From: a virus
IMG/VR virus record: IMGVR_UViG_3300048583_000035
Span: 1-41,278 of that record
Strand: one strand, 5' to 3'
Length of the DNA stretch: 41,278 nucleotides
In this document: piece by piece, positions 8,256 to 17,772 of the stretch
Position numbering within the stretch: the stretch's first letter is position 1
How the letters are laid out: each line of letters starts with the position of its first letter
Translations under genes and position numbers: made by a program
Notes under the pieces: model-generated
What the model was told of the DNA's origin: nothing
The model's input: only the letters and a program-made list of their open reading frames with translations
The model's database searches: none

Positions 8256-10309
8256 CGCTCAAGGCCGGCTGTCGGCTGTGAGGCTTTCATCAGCGCATCG
8301 GCGACGCCCAGAATCTGCGCCTGCTGCTCGCCTTCCGTCTCCGAAACCACCTTCGCCGTCTGCGCCTTCTTCAAGTCAGCAGACGCCAGCGTTTCCAGCG
8401 TGTCGGCCCGCGCCTTGACGGCCTTCGCCTCGGCTTCCTGCGCCGCTTTCATCAGGTATTCGGTCTGCGCATCCGGCTTCGCGTTGGCCTGCTCTTCGGC
8501 CATGCGCGCCTTCTCATCCTCGTTCGGCTTGATGATGCCCATGCGCACCGCCTTGGCCCGCGCCCAATCGCGCAGGTCGCTCAAGCCCTCGCCTTCGAGG
8601 TTCGCCACCGTCGAGAGCGTCAGCGCCTGCTTCGTCTCGGGATCGTCCGTGATCGTGGCGATGCCGGTCAGCGCGCGGACAACTGCACTGCGCAGGCTGC
8701 TCGACGACGGCCCGACATCCGAGACGACATCGAAGTCAGCGCGCGTGATGTCGTTGCGCATCACCGTGCGGCCGGTCTTCTTGTCGTATGCCGGCTCGTT
8801 CAGCACCACCGACCCGGGCCGGCCGTTGTTGTCCACGATCTTGGCCCGGCGCCGCTGCTCCGTGGCGATGTCGCGCATCATCGACAGCCACACTTGCCCG
8901 GCGCGGGCGTGCGCCTTGGCAAAGTTCGACATGTAAATGAAAACCTGCATGTCTAGTCGGTTCTGGATCAGCTCAACCGCCTTGCCGCTGAGGTTTTGCT
9001 TCATTTCCTCGCCGGCCTGCTGGTTTCCGAGAAGGTCGGTCAGCGCCTGCTGCGCAATCTGCGTCAGCGCGGCCATCGCAGGCGGGATGATCGGCGCCTT
9101 CGTGTACGCCAGCGGCCCGGACGGCTGGCGCTGCCCGTTCTCGTCGGTGACGGGGTTCAGCAGCAAATATGGATACTTCTCGACGTTATCGCGCGCCCAC
9201 ATTTGCGCGTGCCCGGCAATCTGCTCTGGCGTAACAATGGGCTTTTCGATGTCGAAGCGCCCGGCCATCTCGGCAAGCCACGACAGCAGCATGTTGTACA
9301 ACCTCTGCGCGTCCTTTGCCAGCCGGACATGGCCCATGCACCGCTCGACGCCATCGACCACCCAGCGCTTGCCGAAGACGGGGATGATCGGGATACAGCG
9401 CCCGGCGATGACGCCGCAGTCTTCGAGGATGCCGCCGCCGCTCAGGATGTACTTCTCGACGCGCTTGCGCTTCACCTTCTTGGTGCGCGCCAGCTTGAAG
9501 CCGGTTGCCGCCAGTTCGCCCAGCAGTTCCGGGTCTGCTTCAATCTCCGCTTCCGTGACCTTGACCTCGGCGCCTTCGACCAAGCCGGTGAACCACCGCA
9601 CGGTTTCCGTCTTCTCGACCACGCGGTAATACTCGGCGACCCACACAACGTCAGCCGTGCACCAATCAAACTCCACTTGGTTGATCGTCTTCGGCCACGT
9701 CTGCGGATGCTCGCCGAATTCCTCTTCATACGCCTCGTAGGTGTACGGAATCAGCACATAGCAGCGTTTCGCATCGGCCTTGTCCTGCCGCTTGGCGTCG
9801 AGGTCGAAGAAGACGCACGAGTCGGCGTCGTGGATCGGCTCCATCCGCACGCGCTGGCGCTCGTTGTCCTCGCTCTCGTCGTCTTCGTAGCACGCCCGCA
9901 GCCGCCAGGCGCCGAATCCGCCGCCGACAGCTTCCTCGAAGGCGTTGTCATATGCCTCCAGCGCCGTGCAAGCCTGCTCGTCGGCCCGGTAGAGCCCGTC
10001 GCAGGTGTCGGCCATCGTGTCGTCGTTGCTGCCGTCCTTCGACTGGAAATCGACGGTGATCCGGTTCGCGCGATACTCGTTGATGATGCGGATGACGGCC
10101 AAGTGGACGGCGTTGAATTCGTAGCGCGGCTTGTTGGCGAACTGCTCGCCGTGCGGGCCTTCCCATTGCGCGCCGCTGACCGAGTAAAAGCGCCGGTCGC
10201 CTAGGCACTGCTGCCGCTCGTCGTAGACCGCGCCTTGTATGCGGTCAAAGTCGGCGATGGCCTCGGCGTGAATGTCGGCTAATCGGTCTTCGGTGCTTTG
10301 GCGCGGCAT
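8252..10309 (-). CDS. portal protein, P22 gp1-like
   Basis: 685 aa. ..GFGAWRLRACYEDDE..RVRMEPIHDADSCVFFD..DKADAKRCYVL..VAEYYRVVEKTET.. parallels recalled P22 portal (GVGAWRLVTDYED..IRREPIHSACSHVIWD..DKSDARHCTVI..IAEFYEVVEKKET). Confidence 0.9.
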   Translation of the reverse strand: MPRQSTEDRLADIHAEAIADFDRIQGAVYDERQQCLGDRRFYSVSGAQWEGPHGEQFANKPRYEFNAVHLAVIRIINEYRANRITVDFQSKDGSNDDTMADTCDGLYRADEQACTALEAYDNAFEEAVGGGFGAWRLRACYEDDESEDNERQRVRMEPIHDADSCVFFDLDAKRQDKADAKRCYVLIPYTYEAYEEEFGEHPQTWPKTINQVEFDWCTADVVWVAEYYRVVEKTETVRWFTGLVEGAEVKVTEAEIEADPELLGELAATGFKLARTKKVKRKRVEKYILSGGGILEDCGVIAGRCIPIIPVFGKRWVVDGVERCMGHVRLAKDAQRLYNMLLSWLAEMAGRFDIEKPIVTPEQIAGHAQMWARDNVEKYPYLLLNPVTDENGQRQPSGPLAYTKAPIIPPAMAALTQIAQQALTDLLGNQQAGEEMKQNLSGKAVELIQNRLDMQVFIYMSNFAKAHARAGQVWLSMMRDIATEQRRRAKIVDNNGRPGSVVLNEPAYDKKTGRTVMRNDITRADFDVVSDVGPSSSSLRSAVVRALTGIATITDDPETKQALTLSTVANLEGEGLSDLRDWARAKAVRMGIIKPNEDEKARMAEEQANAKPDAQTEYLMKAAQEAEAKAVKARADTLETLASADLKKAQTAKVVSETEGEQQAQILGVADALMKASQPTAGLER

Positions 10310-10448
10310 GGCATCCCCTGTGCGGGCATGCGCTGCTGGCGGCGCGAAGACTCAGCGGGCCGATTGCGGCCGGACGGTGCGATTCTATCGACGCGGGGAG
10401 GGCTCCGGTTGCCCGGCACCGCTTGCGCGTGACCCTCGCGGCTGGATT

Positions 10449-11702
10449 CTAGCGGCGCTGGCCCCATGCGCTGACCATCGGGAGGGGTTCTGTCAACGCT
10501 GCCGGCTTTGCGGCGCCTGCCCGCCTCGCGGCCTCGCATGCGTAGCGCAGCGCGTCGATAACGTGGTTGTCCTTGTCGCGCAGCTTCGGAAGCACGGCGC
10601 CGGTAAGCGGGTCTGTCTCGAAGCTGTACGCCGTCAGCTCGTCAATTGTGTGAACGCAGCGCGGATGCACCACGATGTCGAACGATTTCAGAAACTCGAC
10701 GCCCTCTTCTAGCGACCGCGCGCCCTTGACGGCCGGCAGCATCTTCGGGAACCCGTTGCGCCGCATATAGCTGATCGTCTCGGGCCGGCTGCTGTCTGCC
10801 GTCGTCGGCCATCGCTCGGCCTCGGGAATCGTGCGGAACAGGTCCGGCAAAAAGTCAACCTCGCAGCCCACCTGATACGCCTCATGGATCACGTACAGCG
10901 TGCGCCCGACTATTGCGCACTGCACCAATACAGACGGGTCAACCGAAAAGCCCCAGTCCGCGCCCTGCCGGAGAATCCACGAAGCATCGGCCTCAAACTC
11001 GTCAATCTTCCAATTCTTGAATACGCGCGTTTCACTGTTGCGGACGTATTCGCCTTGCCAGACGTGGCGCCATTTGTCGCTGTCGCGCTTACGGTCCCAT
11101 TCCATCTCTTGCCGCAGCACGGCCGGAAAGAACGGGTTACTGTCCCAATTGACCTCGCGGACCAGCGCGCCAGGCGGTGCGCCGTCAGGCCCGCGAAACA
11201 TCACGTCAACGGGATCGGTCGCGTTCTCCGGGTTCCACTCTGCCCAAACCTCAGACCCAGGCTTGCGCACAGTCGGAATCAGCAAGTCCCATGACCGCTG
11301 CGACAGCCGAGAAGCCTCGAATACTGCGGCGATGTCGAGCCCTTCGGTTGATTTCACCGCGTCCGGGTTTGTCCGCAGCCCAGCAAATATGAACAGGCTT
11401 CCGTTCTTCCCGCGTATCTCGGTGTCGGTCGATTCATACATGCCCGACAACCCAGACGCCTGAATCTTGTCATCGAGCAGCCGCTTGACAGAATCTCGGA
11501 TCGATTTCTGCACCTCTCGCGCGCAGAGAATTCGCAGCGGCTTTTCTGCGGCTTTCAGTAGCAGAGCCTGCGCAAAGCTGTGCGACTTGGCAGAGCCTCG
11601 CCCGCCGTGGACGGCGCGGTAGCGCACCGGCAAGCCATCGTCGGCCACCGTCGCCCAAAGGAACCTGAAAGCTTCAGGAACCTGAACGTGCGACGAACTC
11701 AA
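10449..11702 (-). CDS. terL: terminase large subunit (Terminase_3/PBSX-like)
   Basis: 417 aa. Walker A context ..RYRAVHGGRGSAKSHSFAQ... The start is uncertain: TTG 11702 overlaps the upstream gene by 29 nt. Confidence 0.85.
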   Translation of the reverse strand: MSSSHVQVPEAFRFLWATVADDGLPVRYRAVHGGRGSAKSHSFAQALLLKAAEKPLRILCAREVQKSIRDSVKRLLDDKIQASGLSGMYESTDTEIRGKNGSLFIFAGLRTNPDAVKSTEGLDIAAVFEASRLSQRSWDLLIPTVRKPGSEVWAEWNPENATDPVDVMFRGPDGAPPGALVREVNWDSNPFFPAVLRQEMEWDRKRDSDKWRHVWQGEYVRNSETRVFKNWKIDEFEADASWILRQGADWGFSVDPSVLVQCAIVGRTLYVIHEAYQVGCEVDFLPDLFRTIPEAERWPTTADSSRPETISYMRRNGFPKMLPAVKGARSLEEGVEFLKSFDIVVHPRCVHTIDELTAYSFETDPLTGAVLPKLRDKDNHVIDALRYACEAARRAGAAKPAALTEPLPMVSAWGQRR

Positions 11703-11943
11703 CGATTACTTTCGACGTGTGCTCGCCGTTCGGGCCGGCGCCTTTGACCGTCATGGGAAGCGTCTTACCAACCAACGTAAGAAACGCCGAAGCCGTGCGC
11801 GGATCATTCGCGCGCTCGGTCAGATACTCCACGCCGCCCGCTTGATCCAGCGCGCCGAGAATCATGTCTTTGAGTTCGCGCGTGACTTTGCCGGGGCCTC
11901 GCTTGCCCTGATTCGGCTTCTTCTCCCCTTTCTTAAAAGTCAT
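11674..11943 (-). CDS. putative small terminase / DUF5681-like DNA-binding protein
   Basis: 89 aa with a basic N-terminus (FKKGEKKPNQGKRGPGK), immediately upstream of terL. Confidence 0.4.
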   Translation of the reverse strand: MTFKKGEKKPNQGKRGPGKVTRELKDMILGALDQAGGVEYLTERANDPRTASAFLTLVGKTLPMTVKGAGPNGEHTSKVIVEFVARSGS

Positions 11944-12161
11944 GGCTTACCCTCCTTCGCCTTTGCCCTGCGCGAATCCCGATCCCGCGCTTGCCCGACA
12001 TGCCATTGCCCGCAATGCCGGCACCGATACGCCTCGACAAAACAATCCCGCTCGTGATTTTGCCGCATACGCTTTGCTCTGTGCTCCGCTTGTCCGTGGC
12101 TGGAAAACGCCTTCTTGCCGGTGCAGCCGGGTTTGAACTCTGGCGCAGGGTCGAAGTTCAT
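11940..12161 (-). CDS. small basic Cys/His protein
   Basis: 73 aa containing ..CFVEAYRCRHCGQWH... Its ATG overlaps the VRR-NUC stop (ATGA). Confidence 0.5.
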   Translation of the reverse strand: MNFDPAPEFKPGCTGKKAFSSHGQAEHRAKRMRQNHERDCFVEAYRCRHCGQWHVGQARDRDSRRAKAKEGKP

Positions 12162-12526
12162 TGGGCGTCAATTGACACGCGCATCATTCCAGCGTACCCC
12201 TGCACGATCCTTGCAGCCGCCGTCCAGTCCCAGCAAATCACCACGCACCATCCTTCGCGCTGCAACGCATCGATGCGCTCGCGCTGCTGCTTTGACGGCC
12301 CGTTGTCGCCGTGCTTGAACTCGATTGCCAGCCCTACAAACCCACCGCGCGGACTGGGCCACACCCAATCGGGTACGCCCGGCCGCACGCCTTCAGCCTT
12401 GAGCTTGCTTGCCGTTGCCGGGTGCCGAAAGCCTCCGTTCGGCACCGCGTAGCTGGTGTCGATGCCTTCGATGCGCTGCATTTCTAGCCAACGCACGAAA
12501 GCGGCCTGTGTGTCGTGCTCGCTCAC
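12158..12526 (-). CDS. VRR-NUC domain nuclease
   Basis: 122 aa from GTG 12526 (GTGA overlap with the upstream ORF). ..SEHDTQAAFVRWL..VPNGG..GVPDWVWP..GLAIEFKHG..S..Q.. fits the PD-(D/E)xK VRR-NUC pattern. Confidence 0.65.
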   Translation of the reverse strand: MSEHDTQAAFVRWLEMQRIEGIDTSYAVPNGGFRHPATASKLKAEGVRPGVPDWVWPSPRGGFVGLAIEFKHGDNGPSKQQRERIDALQREGWCVVICWDWTAAARIVQGYAGMMRVSIDAQ

Positions 12527-12780
12527 CAAACCCCCGGATTCGGCCGCACCACCGGCTCCGGCTTCGGCTCCGGCAGCATGTGCAGCGTCGTGACGTTGAC
12601 GTACCGCACGCACAGCGCGGTTCCGCCGCCGAGCGTGGCAACGGTGAAATCCGCCAGCGTCGCGCCTTGCTTCTGCAGCGACGCCAGCGCGCGAGCGCAG
12701 CGGCTGCGCACCGCACAGCCCCGGCTCGGCTCGCATCGCGGCTCGCTGTCCGGCAGTCGAATTGCGTCTGATCTGCTCAT
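12523..12780 (-). CDS. hypothetical Cys-containing protein
   Basis: 85 aa. ATG 12780 lies 1 nt after the PAPS-reductase-like stop, and its own TGA overlaps the GTG of the VRR-NUC gene. GC3 is high throughout. This is the internal start of track ORF 12523..12921. Confidence 0.5.
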   Translation of the reverse strand: MSRSDAIRLPDSEPRCEPSRGCAVRSRCARALASLQKQGATLADFTVATLGGGTALCVRYVNVTTLHMLPEPKPEPVVRPNPGVW

Positions 12781-12781
12781 G

Positions 12782-13642
12782 TCAATCTCCGCAGAAGCAT
12801 GCGATGGCTTCTTCGTTGTCGTGGCCGAATGCGTCGATCTGATTCGCGGCAGCCTGCGCCATGCCGGCGTAGCTGTCGCGGTCCATCCGAAAGCGCCACG
12901 CGCCGCCGCTCTTGCGTTCAACGAAATTGGCTGCGGCGTAATCCTCCTGCTTCACCCACCACACAGAACGGCTCGGGCGCTCTGCGATCAGGCTGCGCAC
13001 TTGGCTGGCAGGCTTCAGGAAACAAAGCACGCAATTTCCTGCCGTGGTGCGGCCGTTGCGACTCGGCAATTCCAGGTCGAAATCCTGCGCAGCCCAAAAG
13101 GCGCCAACGTCCGCAACTGAAATGCCAGCATCTGCCAACGGCAGCGCTCGCCAGCCTCTGCCACGGCCGCCCTTCGGGTCGGCGCGCATCTTCGCCACGC
13201 GGCGCGGCTCGTCAGCACGAACACCGACAAAGCTGTCCCAGTCCTCCCAACCAATGGCGCGAAGGTGGCGCTCCATCGTCAGGATCTTCAATTCCACGGT
13301 GCAGAAGCGGGCCACCGGGTTCGGCAGGTATCGCCGCTTGCGGATGATGGCCTCGAACGGCTCTCCGTTGCGGCTGGCCGTGTCGAAGTCCACAAGCGCG
13401 TAGCCCTGCGCATCGTCGCGGTACTCCACCCAGGTAATGGGCACGCCCCATTGCATCCCGCATTCGCGCACAAAGCGCAGCGTGGCCTCATCCTCCAAGC
13501 CGGTGTTGGCGAAGCAAACAACCGCGTCGGCCGGCAATCCGGTGTTGGCCTGCAGCACGCGCCACAGCATGTAGCCGCTTGTCCGGCCGCCGCTGAAACT
13601 AATGCACGTCGGGCCGGTGATCTTGAACGGGTCGTGGCTCAT
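12782..13642 (-). CDS. PAPS-reductase-like PP-loop protein
   Basis: 286 aa from ATG 13642 (ATGA overlap with the upstream stop). PP-loop ..CISFSGGRTSGYML.. near the N-terminus and a C-terminal Cys pair ..IACFCGD. Confidence 0.7.
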   Translation of the reverse strand: MSHDPFKITGPTCISFSGGRTSGYMLWRVLQANTGLPADAVVCFANTGLEDEATLRFVRECGMQWGVPITWVEYRDDAQGYALVDFDTASRNGEPFEAIIRKRRYLPNPVARFCTVELKILTMERHLRAIGWEDWDSFVGVRADEPRRVAKMRADPKGGRGRGWRALPLADAGISVADVGAFWAAQDFDLELPSRNGRTTAGNCVLCFLKPASQVRSLIAERPSRSVWWVKQEDYAAANFVERKSGGAWRFRMDRDSYAGMAQAAANQIDAFGHDNEEAIACFCGD

Positions 13643-13827
13643 GCCTGCACCTTCTTCGCTTCCTTCGCTTGCACACACACGGCGCACCGCCAGCCGATCT
13701 GCGTCCGCTTGCGGCCCAGCGTTGCGCGCGGCAGTTCGCAGTCGCAGCAGCGGAAAGTCACGTTTGACACCGTGCCGACGTTGCGCCATGCCGGCTCGAA
13801 TCGCGGCGTTCTGTCGTCGCTGCTCAT
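13639..13827 (-). CDS. small zinc-ribbon protein
   Basis: 62 aa from ATG 13827 (ATGA overlap). Contains ..CCDCE..(16)..CAVC... Confidence 0.5.
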   Translation of the reverse strand: MSSDDRTPRFEPAWRNVGTVSNVTFRCCDCELPRATLGRKRTQIGWRCAVCVQAKEAKKVQA

Positions 13828-14195
13828 GGCACCAGCCCGTTCCACGCGCTCACCAGCATTCGCTCGATTTCCGGCAACCGCTCGCGCAGTTCTTCAGGCT
13901 TCAGGCTGTAGGCCTTCAAGTCCCACCAGATGCCGCCAGCCTCGGCAGTGATGCGCAGTTCGACACTGTTGCGCGCTGCCGATGATTCCGGTAGACCGTC
14001 AATGTCGTGCGTGTACGGCTGCACGACGATCTGCACGCCTTCTTTCGTGTCGTTGCACTCGCAGCGCCTGGCATCGAGCACGCTGCGCCGCCACGCATAC
14101 CAGTCGCATAGGTTGTGCTCGCTGCGCAAGCCGTTGACGCTGCACCGGAAGCCCTGCGACTGCAGCCATTCGCGCAAACTGTCCTGCCCTCTCAT
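13824..14195 (-). CDS. hypothetical early protein
   Basis: 123 aa, with ATGA overlaps at both ends and balanced composition. Confidence 0.55.
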   Translation of the reverse strand: MRGQDSLREWLQSQGFRCSVNGLRSEHNLCDWYAWRRSVLDARRCECNDTKEGVQIVVQPYTHDIDGLPESSAARNSVELRITAEAGGIWWDLKAYSLKPEELRERLPEIERMLVSAWNGLVP

Positions 14196-14464
14196 GCCGC
14201 CTCCTTGGCCAGCGCGAGCAGCTTCGGCCCCGCGCTGTACACCAGCCGATACCCGCCACCGCTGCCCGGCTCACGGTTCACACGCTGCACCAACAGCAGG
14301 CCATCAGCGACAGCAGGTCGCAGCGCCTGCGGCACTCGACGGCCTGGCGGCAGCTCCCAGCGCAGCGCAATGTCGTCCGTGTAAAGCCACTCGTCGGGAT
14401 TGCGCCTAAAAAACTCGACCACGCACCATGCGAGCGATCCCTGGAACACACGAGCGCGCGTCAT
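14192..14464 (-). CDS. hypothetical early protein (possible winged helix)
   Basis: 90 aa from ATG 14464 (ATGA overlap). The longer track start is Arg/Gly-rich. Confidence 0.5.
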   Translation of the reverse strand: MTRARVFQGSLAWCVVEFFRRNPDEWLYTDDIALRWELPPGRRVPQALRPAVADGLLLVQRVNREPGSGGGYRLVYSAGPKLLALAKEAA

Positions 14465-14880
14465 GCCGCCACCTCGAACACGCTCGCCGGCCCGACCTTG
14501 CCCAGCGGCCTGGCCTTGTGCGCCTCGATGACGCGATGTATCGGCGCGCGATCCGACCACGCTTCATGCCGATCAAACGCCCGCCTCGGCGTCCGCAGCC
14601 GGTCGCGCTCTGCACGCTCTGCGCGCTTTTGCTCGTTGTTTCGCTGGCGCTCTTCGCTCAAGTGCACGCGCGCTGCAGCGGCATGCTCTGACAGCACCAG
14701 CAGGCTTGCCGGCCGCTGCCGAAACGCCGCAATCTCGCCCTTGTCGCGCAGGTCGTTGGCGACCTTGCAGACCGCCTTGGATGTCACGCCGAGCGTCTTG
14801 GCCGCGTCTGTTGACGCAATGCCCAGCGGGTGCGATTCCAGCAGCACTAGCAGCCGCTTCGTGATGGTGTTGTGCTTCAT
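14461..14880 (-). CDS. winged-helix DNA-binding protein
   Basis: 139 aa. MarR-like N-terminus ..LLVLLESHPLGIASTDAAKTLGVTSKAVCKVANDLRDKGEI.. and a basic C-terminal half. Confidence 0.55.
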   Translation of the reverse strand: MKHNTITKRLLVLLESHPLGIASTDAAKTLGVTSKAVCKVANDLRDKGEIAAFRQRPASLLVLSEHAAAARVHLSEERQRNNEQKRAERAERDRLRTPRRAFDRHEAWSDRAPIHRVIEAHKARPLGKVGPASVFEVAA

Positions 14881-15374
14881 GCCGGATCTCCGGTGCCAAG
14901 CGGCTCGACGCGGCGCGGGTTGAACCGCACGAAGTCGCGCGCCCAGATCAGCGTTTGCTCGTCGGCCATGCGGCGCCCGTGCTCGTGGTTGTCCACGATG
15001 CGTTGCGCTGCCATGCGCATAAGTTCTGTGCGCTCGGCATGCGCACGAATCATGCGCGGGTCTGGTGCGTCGTCAGTCATGAGATGCGGCTCCGTATCGT
15101 TGTCATCCACCCAGAGGCCCCCTAACCCCAAACGGGGTTTGAAGACTTGAGCGCCACCCCCTTGCGGGTTCTCACCATGCAATGCGTCAGGGTTAGCCCC
15201 GCACTGCCCTCGACCGTGAGATTTCGGCCAGTCGCTGGAGTTGTGGGGCTTGCACCCGGCATCGGTCGCCATACCAGCACCGTTTTCTTTCGCGGTCGGT
15301 GCCGCGGTGTTTCTTGCCCTGCCAGCCCATTCAGGCCCATACATTTCCGCGAGGCGCACGGTGCTCGTAGTCAT
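14877..15374 (-). CDS. hypothetical early protein
   Basis: 165 aa. The ATG overlaps the primase stop (ATGA). Confidence 0.5.
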   Translation of the reverse strand: MTTSTVRLAEMYGPEWAGRARNTAAPTAKENGAGMATDAGCKPHNSSDWPKSHGRGQCGANPDALHGENPQGGGAQVFKPRLGLGGLWVDDNDTEPHLMTDDAPDPRMIRAHAERTELMRMAAQRIVDNHEHGRRMADEQTLIWARDFVRFNPRRVEPLGTGDPA

Positions 15375-16231
15375 GGCACGCCTTGCGCCTCCGAAACAGT
15401 CGCGTCCAACATCAGCGACGCCACGCGAAAGATTCCTTCCTTCTTGTGCAGGTCGTTGGCATCAAAGCCCACTTCGCCGGCCATGCAATAGCGAAGCCCC
15501 GTTGCCTGCGCAGCGCGCTCGCCTGCACCGCTCTCGTCGTGATCTGCAAACACCAGCGCCTCGCCCGCAAGCTGGCCGGCAACGTGCACGAGGTTCCCAG
15601 CGCTAAAGCAGATAAGCACCGCATCTCGCAGCCGTAGCATGCGAATGGCGGCCTCAACGCTCAGACCAGTGGCATACCCCTCAACAAGCCATGTGCGAGG
15701 CGCCTGGGCCGATCCAAGGCGGAACACAGCGCCCTTTGCGCGCATGCCTGGCAGCATCTTCTTTTCGTACTTGCGCTCATCAGGCAGCCACCGGATAACC
15801 TGCGCCCCGACCAGCTTGTTTGTCGTCAGATGACGCATCGGCACCATCAACGACTCGTCGGGAAGCACAAGCCCGGCCATATCCTCAAAGCCCTTGATCT
15901 GCAAGTAGCCGTGCGGCTGCTGCTTTGCGCTGCGGCGCATCTCTTCGGCCCTGTGCGCGGCGCGCTCCCAGCCTTCACGCATCTTGCGCTCATGCTCGGC
16001 CACCTTCGCGTGCATCGCAGCCATGTCAACCGGCGCCGCTTCACCGTGCGGGCGCCAAACCGACACATCGACCATCGTCGCGTGGTTCTGTACAAACCCA
16101 ACATCGCCAAGCCACTTGTACGCACCATTTTTCGTGCGCGGGTGATCGGTCGTCGGCACGCGCACCCAGCGGCCCGCCTCGATGCCGTCAACGATCAGGC
16201 CATGCACGCGGCAGAATTCATCAAACCTCAT
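15371..16231 (-). CDS. Toprim-domain DNA primase
   Basis: 286 aa. N-terminal ..GRWVRVPTTDHPRTKNGAYKW.. and C-terminal Toprim residues (..VEGYATGLSV.., ..FADHDESGAGE..). Confidence 0.65.
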   Translation of the reverse strand: MRFDEFCRVHGLIVDGIEAGRWVRVPTTDHPRTKNGAYKWLGDVGFVQNHATMVDVSVWRPHGEAAPVDMAAMHAKVAEHERKMREGWERAAHRAEEMRRSAKQQPHGYLQIKGFEDMAGLVLPDESLMVPMRHLTTNKLVGAQVIRWLPDERKYEKKMLPGMRAKGAVFRLGSAQAPRTWLVEGYATGLSVEAAIRMLRLRDAVLICFSAGNLVHVAGQLAGEALVFADHDESGAGERAAQATGLRYCMAGEVGFDANDLHKKEGIFRVASLMLDATVSEAQGVP

Positions 16232-17772
16232 GCTGCCGCCTTCTCACGCGCCTTCGCGTATGCAATGTTCTTGGCCTTGATGCGGTTGAGCACGTTGCGC
16301 GTGATTTCCACGCCCGGCGTCGTATCGACACGCCAGCCACGCGGCGGCTCTGTGCCGGTCATCTCGCGAAATAAGTGATAAGCCCGCGCCTGCTGCTTCT
16401 CGGGTGCGCTGTGTGCCCGCGCGTAGGTGGCAACCTGCGCCCATACGTGCGCGCGGTCGTCGCCCATCTTCTTGCCGCCGAGCATCACGATTTCGCGCAT
16501 CTCGCCGGCCGAAGACTCGGTCAGCGATGCCTGCTGCACCTCATGCCCGCAAGCCATGCAGCGCCGCGTGAATGGGCTGTGGCCGCACACCGGGCAAGCC
16601 TTCGGCGCCTTGTCTTCCGGGTCATCCTTACGCACTGCCTTGTCCAGCTTCTCGCCAGCGTCCAGCGCGTCCAGCCCGTTGAAGTAGATGTCCTCAAAGT
16701 CCTCGCGGAAGCGGATGATGTTGCCGCTGTGGTCGAGAAGGATGCAGTCCTTCTTGCCCGTCTCCGGCGATGACCGCAGGCCACGGCCCCACATCTGAAT
16801 CGCAGTGCTCAAGCTCTTGCGCAGCGGACGGCAATCAACGACACAGCCAACGTCAGGCACGTCAAAACCCTTCGCCAGCGCCTCGACGCTGATAAGCACG
16901 CGCAGCCGCGAAGTCGGCTTTTTGTATTCGACCAGCAGCGCAGCGCGCTCGACTGGCGTTGTATGACTGGTGAACACCGAAGCCATCACGCCGGCTTCGT
17001 TGAACTGCCTGCACAGTTCCTCGCAGTGCGCAATCGTGGCGCCAAAGACGATGGTCTTGCGGCCTTCGCCGTGCTTCGCCCACTCGCTCACCACATCGCC
17101 AACGATGCCCATGCCGCGCTCTGCTGCCGCACGGTCTGTCCACTCGCCGCCCGATGTCTCTGCGCCCGTCATGTCGGGCCGCGTGCACGACAGCACGCGC
17201 ATCGGCACCAGCACGCCAGATTTCGTCAAGTCGTGCATCGTGGTGGCGTTGACCAAATTCGTGAACAGCTTGCCCAAGCCCGAGGAAAATGGCGTAGCCG
17301 ACAGACCAACAACAGCGGCGCGGCATGTCGGAATGTGCTCAGTCCACGCCGCCATCTGCGTGTGCGCCTCATCGATCACGATCACGTCGGCGTCGGGCCA
17401 CTCGCGCCTAGCGATGGTCTGCGCGCTGGCGATCTGAAACGGCATTGAAGAATTCGCGCGCCAGTGCTGAGCCTGCAGCACTCCGTGAGCACTCAAGCCG
17501 TAGCGGTCGGCCGCCTCGCTCGTTTGGTTAATAAGCGTCGTGCGGTCGCACACAAACACCGCACGCTTGCCGCGAATCAGCGCTTCGTGGATCACTCGCA
17601 GACCAAGGTAGCTCTTCCCGGCGCCGGTCGGCGCCATGAGCATCTGGCACCGATGCCCGGCGCGCAGCCCCTGCCGCAGCGCCTCGTGCGACGAGTCCTG
17701 AAACGGCCGGGCAGGCGGAAAGCACGCAGATGCGTAATTCGGCGCGTCGTCTGGGAAGAGCGTGTGGTTCAT
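16228..17772 (-). CDS. SF2 (DEAD/DEAH-type) helicase with C-terminal zinc ribbon
   Basis: 514 aa from ATG 17772 (ATGA overlap). Walker A ..APTGAGKSY.., motif II ..VIVIDEAH.., and C-terminal ..CPVCGH..(7)..CMACGH... Confidence 0.85.
   Translation of the reverse strand: MNHTLFPDDAPNYASACFPPARPFQDSSHEALRQGLRAGHRCQMLMAPTGAGKSYLGLRVIHEALIRGKRAVFVCDRTTLINQTSEAADRYGLSAHGVLQAQHWRANSSMPFQIASAQTIARREWPDADVIVIDEAHTQMAAWTEHIPTCRAAVVGLSATPFSSGLGKLFTNLVNATTMHDLTKSGVLVPMRVLSCTRPDMTGAETSGGEWTDRAAAERGMGIVGDVVSEWAKHGEGRKTIVFGATIAHCEELCRQFNEAGVMASVFTSHTTPVERAALLVEYKKPTSRLRVLISVEALAKGFDVPDVGCVVDCRPLRKSLSTAIQMWGRGLRSSPETGKKDCILLDHSGNIIRFREDFEDIYFNGLDALDAGEKLDKAVRKDDPEDKAPKACPVCGHSPFTRRCMACGHEVQQASLTESSAGEMREIVMLGGKKMGDDRAHVWAQVATYARAHSAPEKQQARAYHLFREMTGTEPPRGWRVDTTPGVEITRNVLNRIKAKNIAYAKAREKAAA

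Noticed and set aside
15118-15198. An extra CCTAAC...GTTAGCC pair inside the early gene 14877..15374.
   Set aside because: It has no L-stem, spacer or bulge architecture. The two boxes are not complementary at the seventh base, and the pair lies within an uninterrupted coding frame. It is treated as chance.
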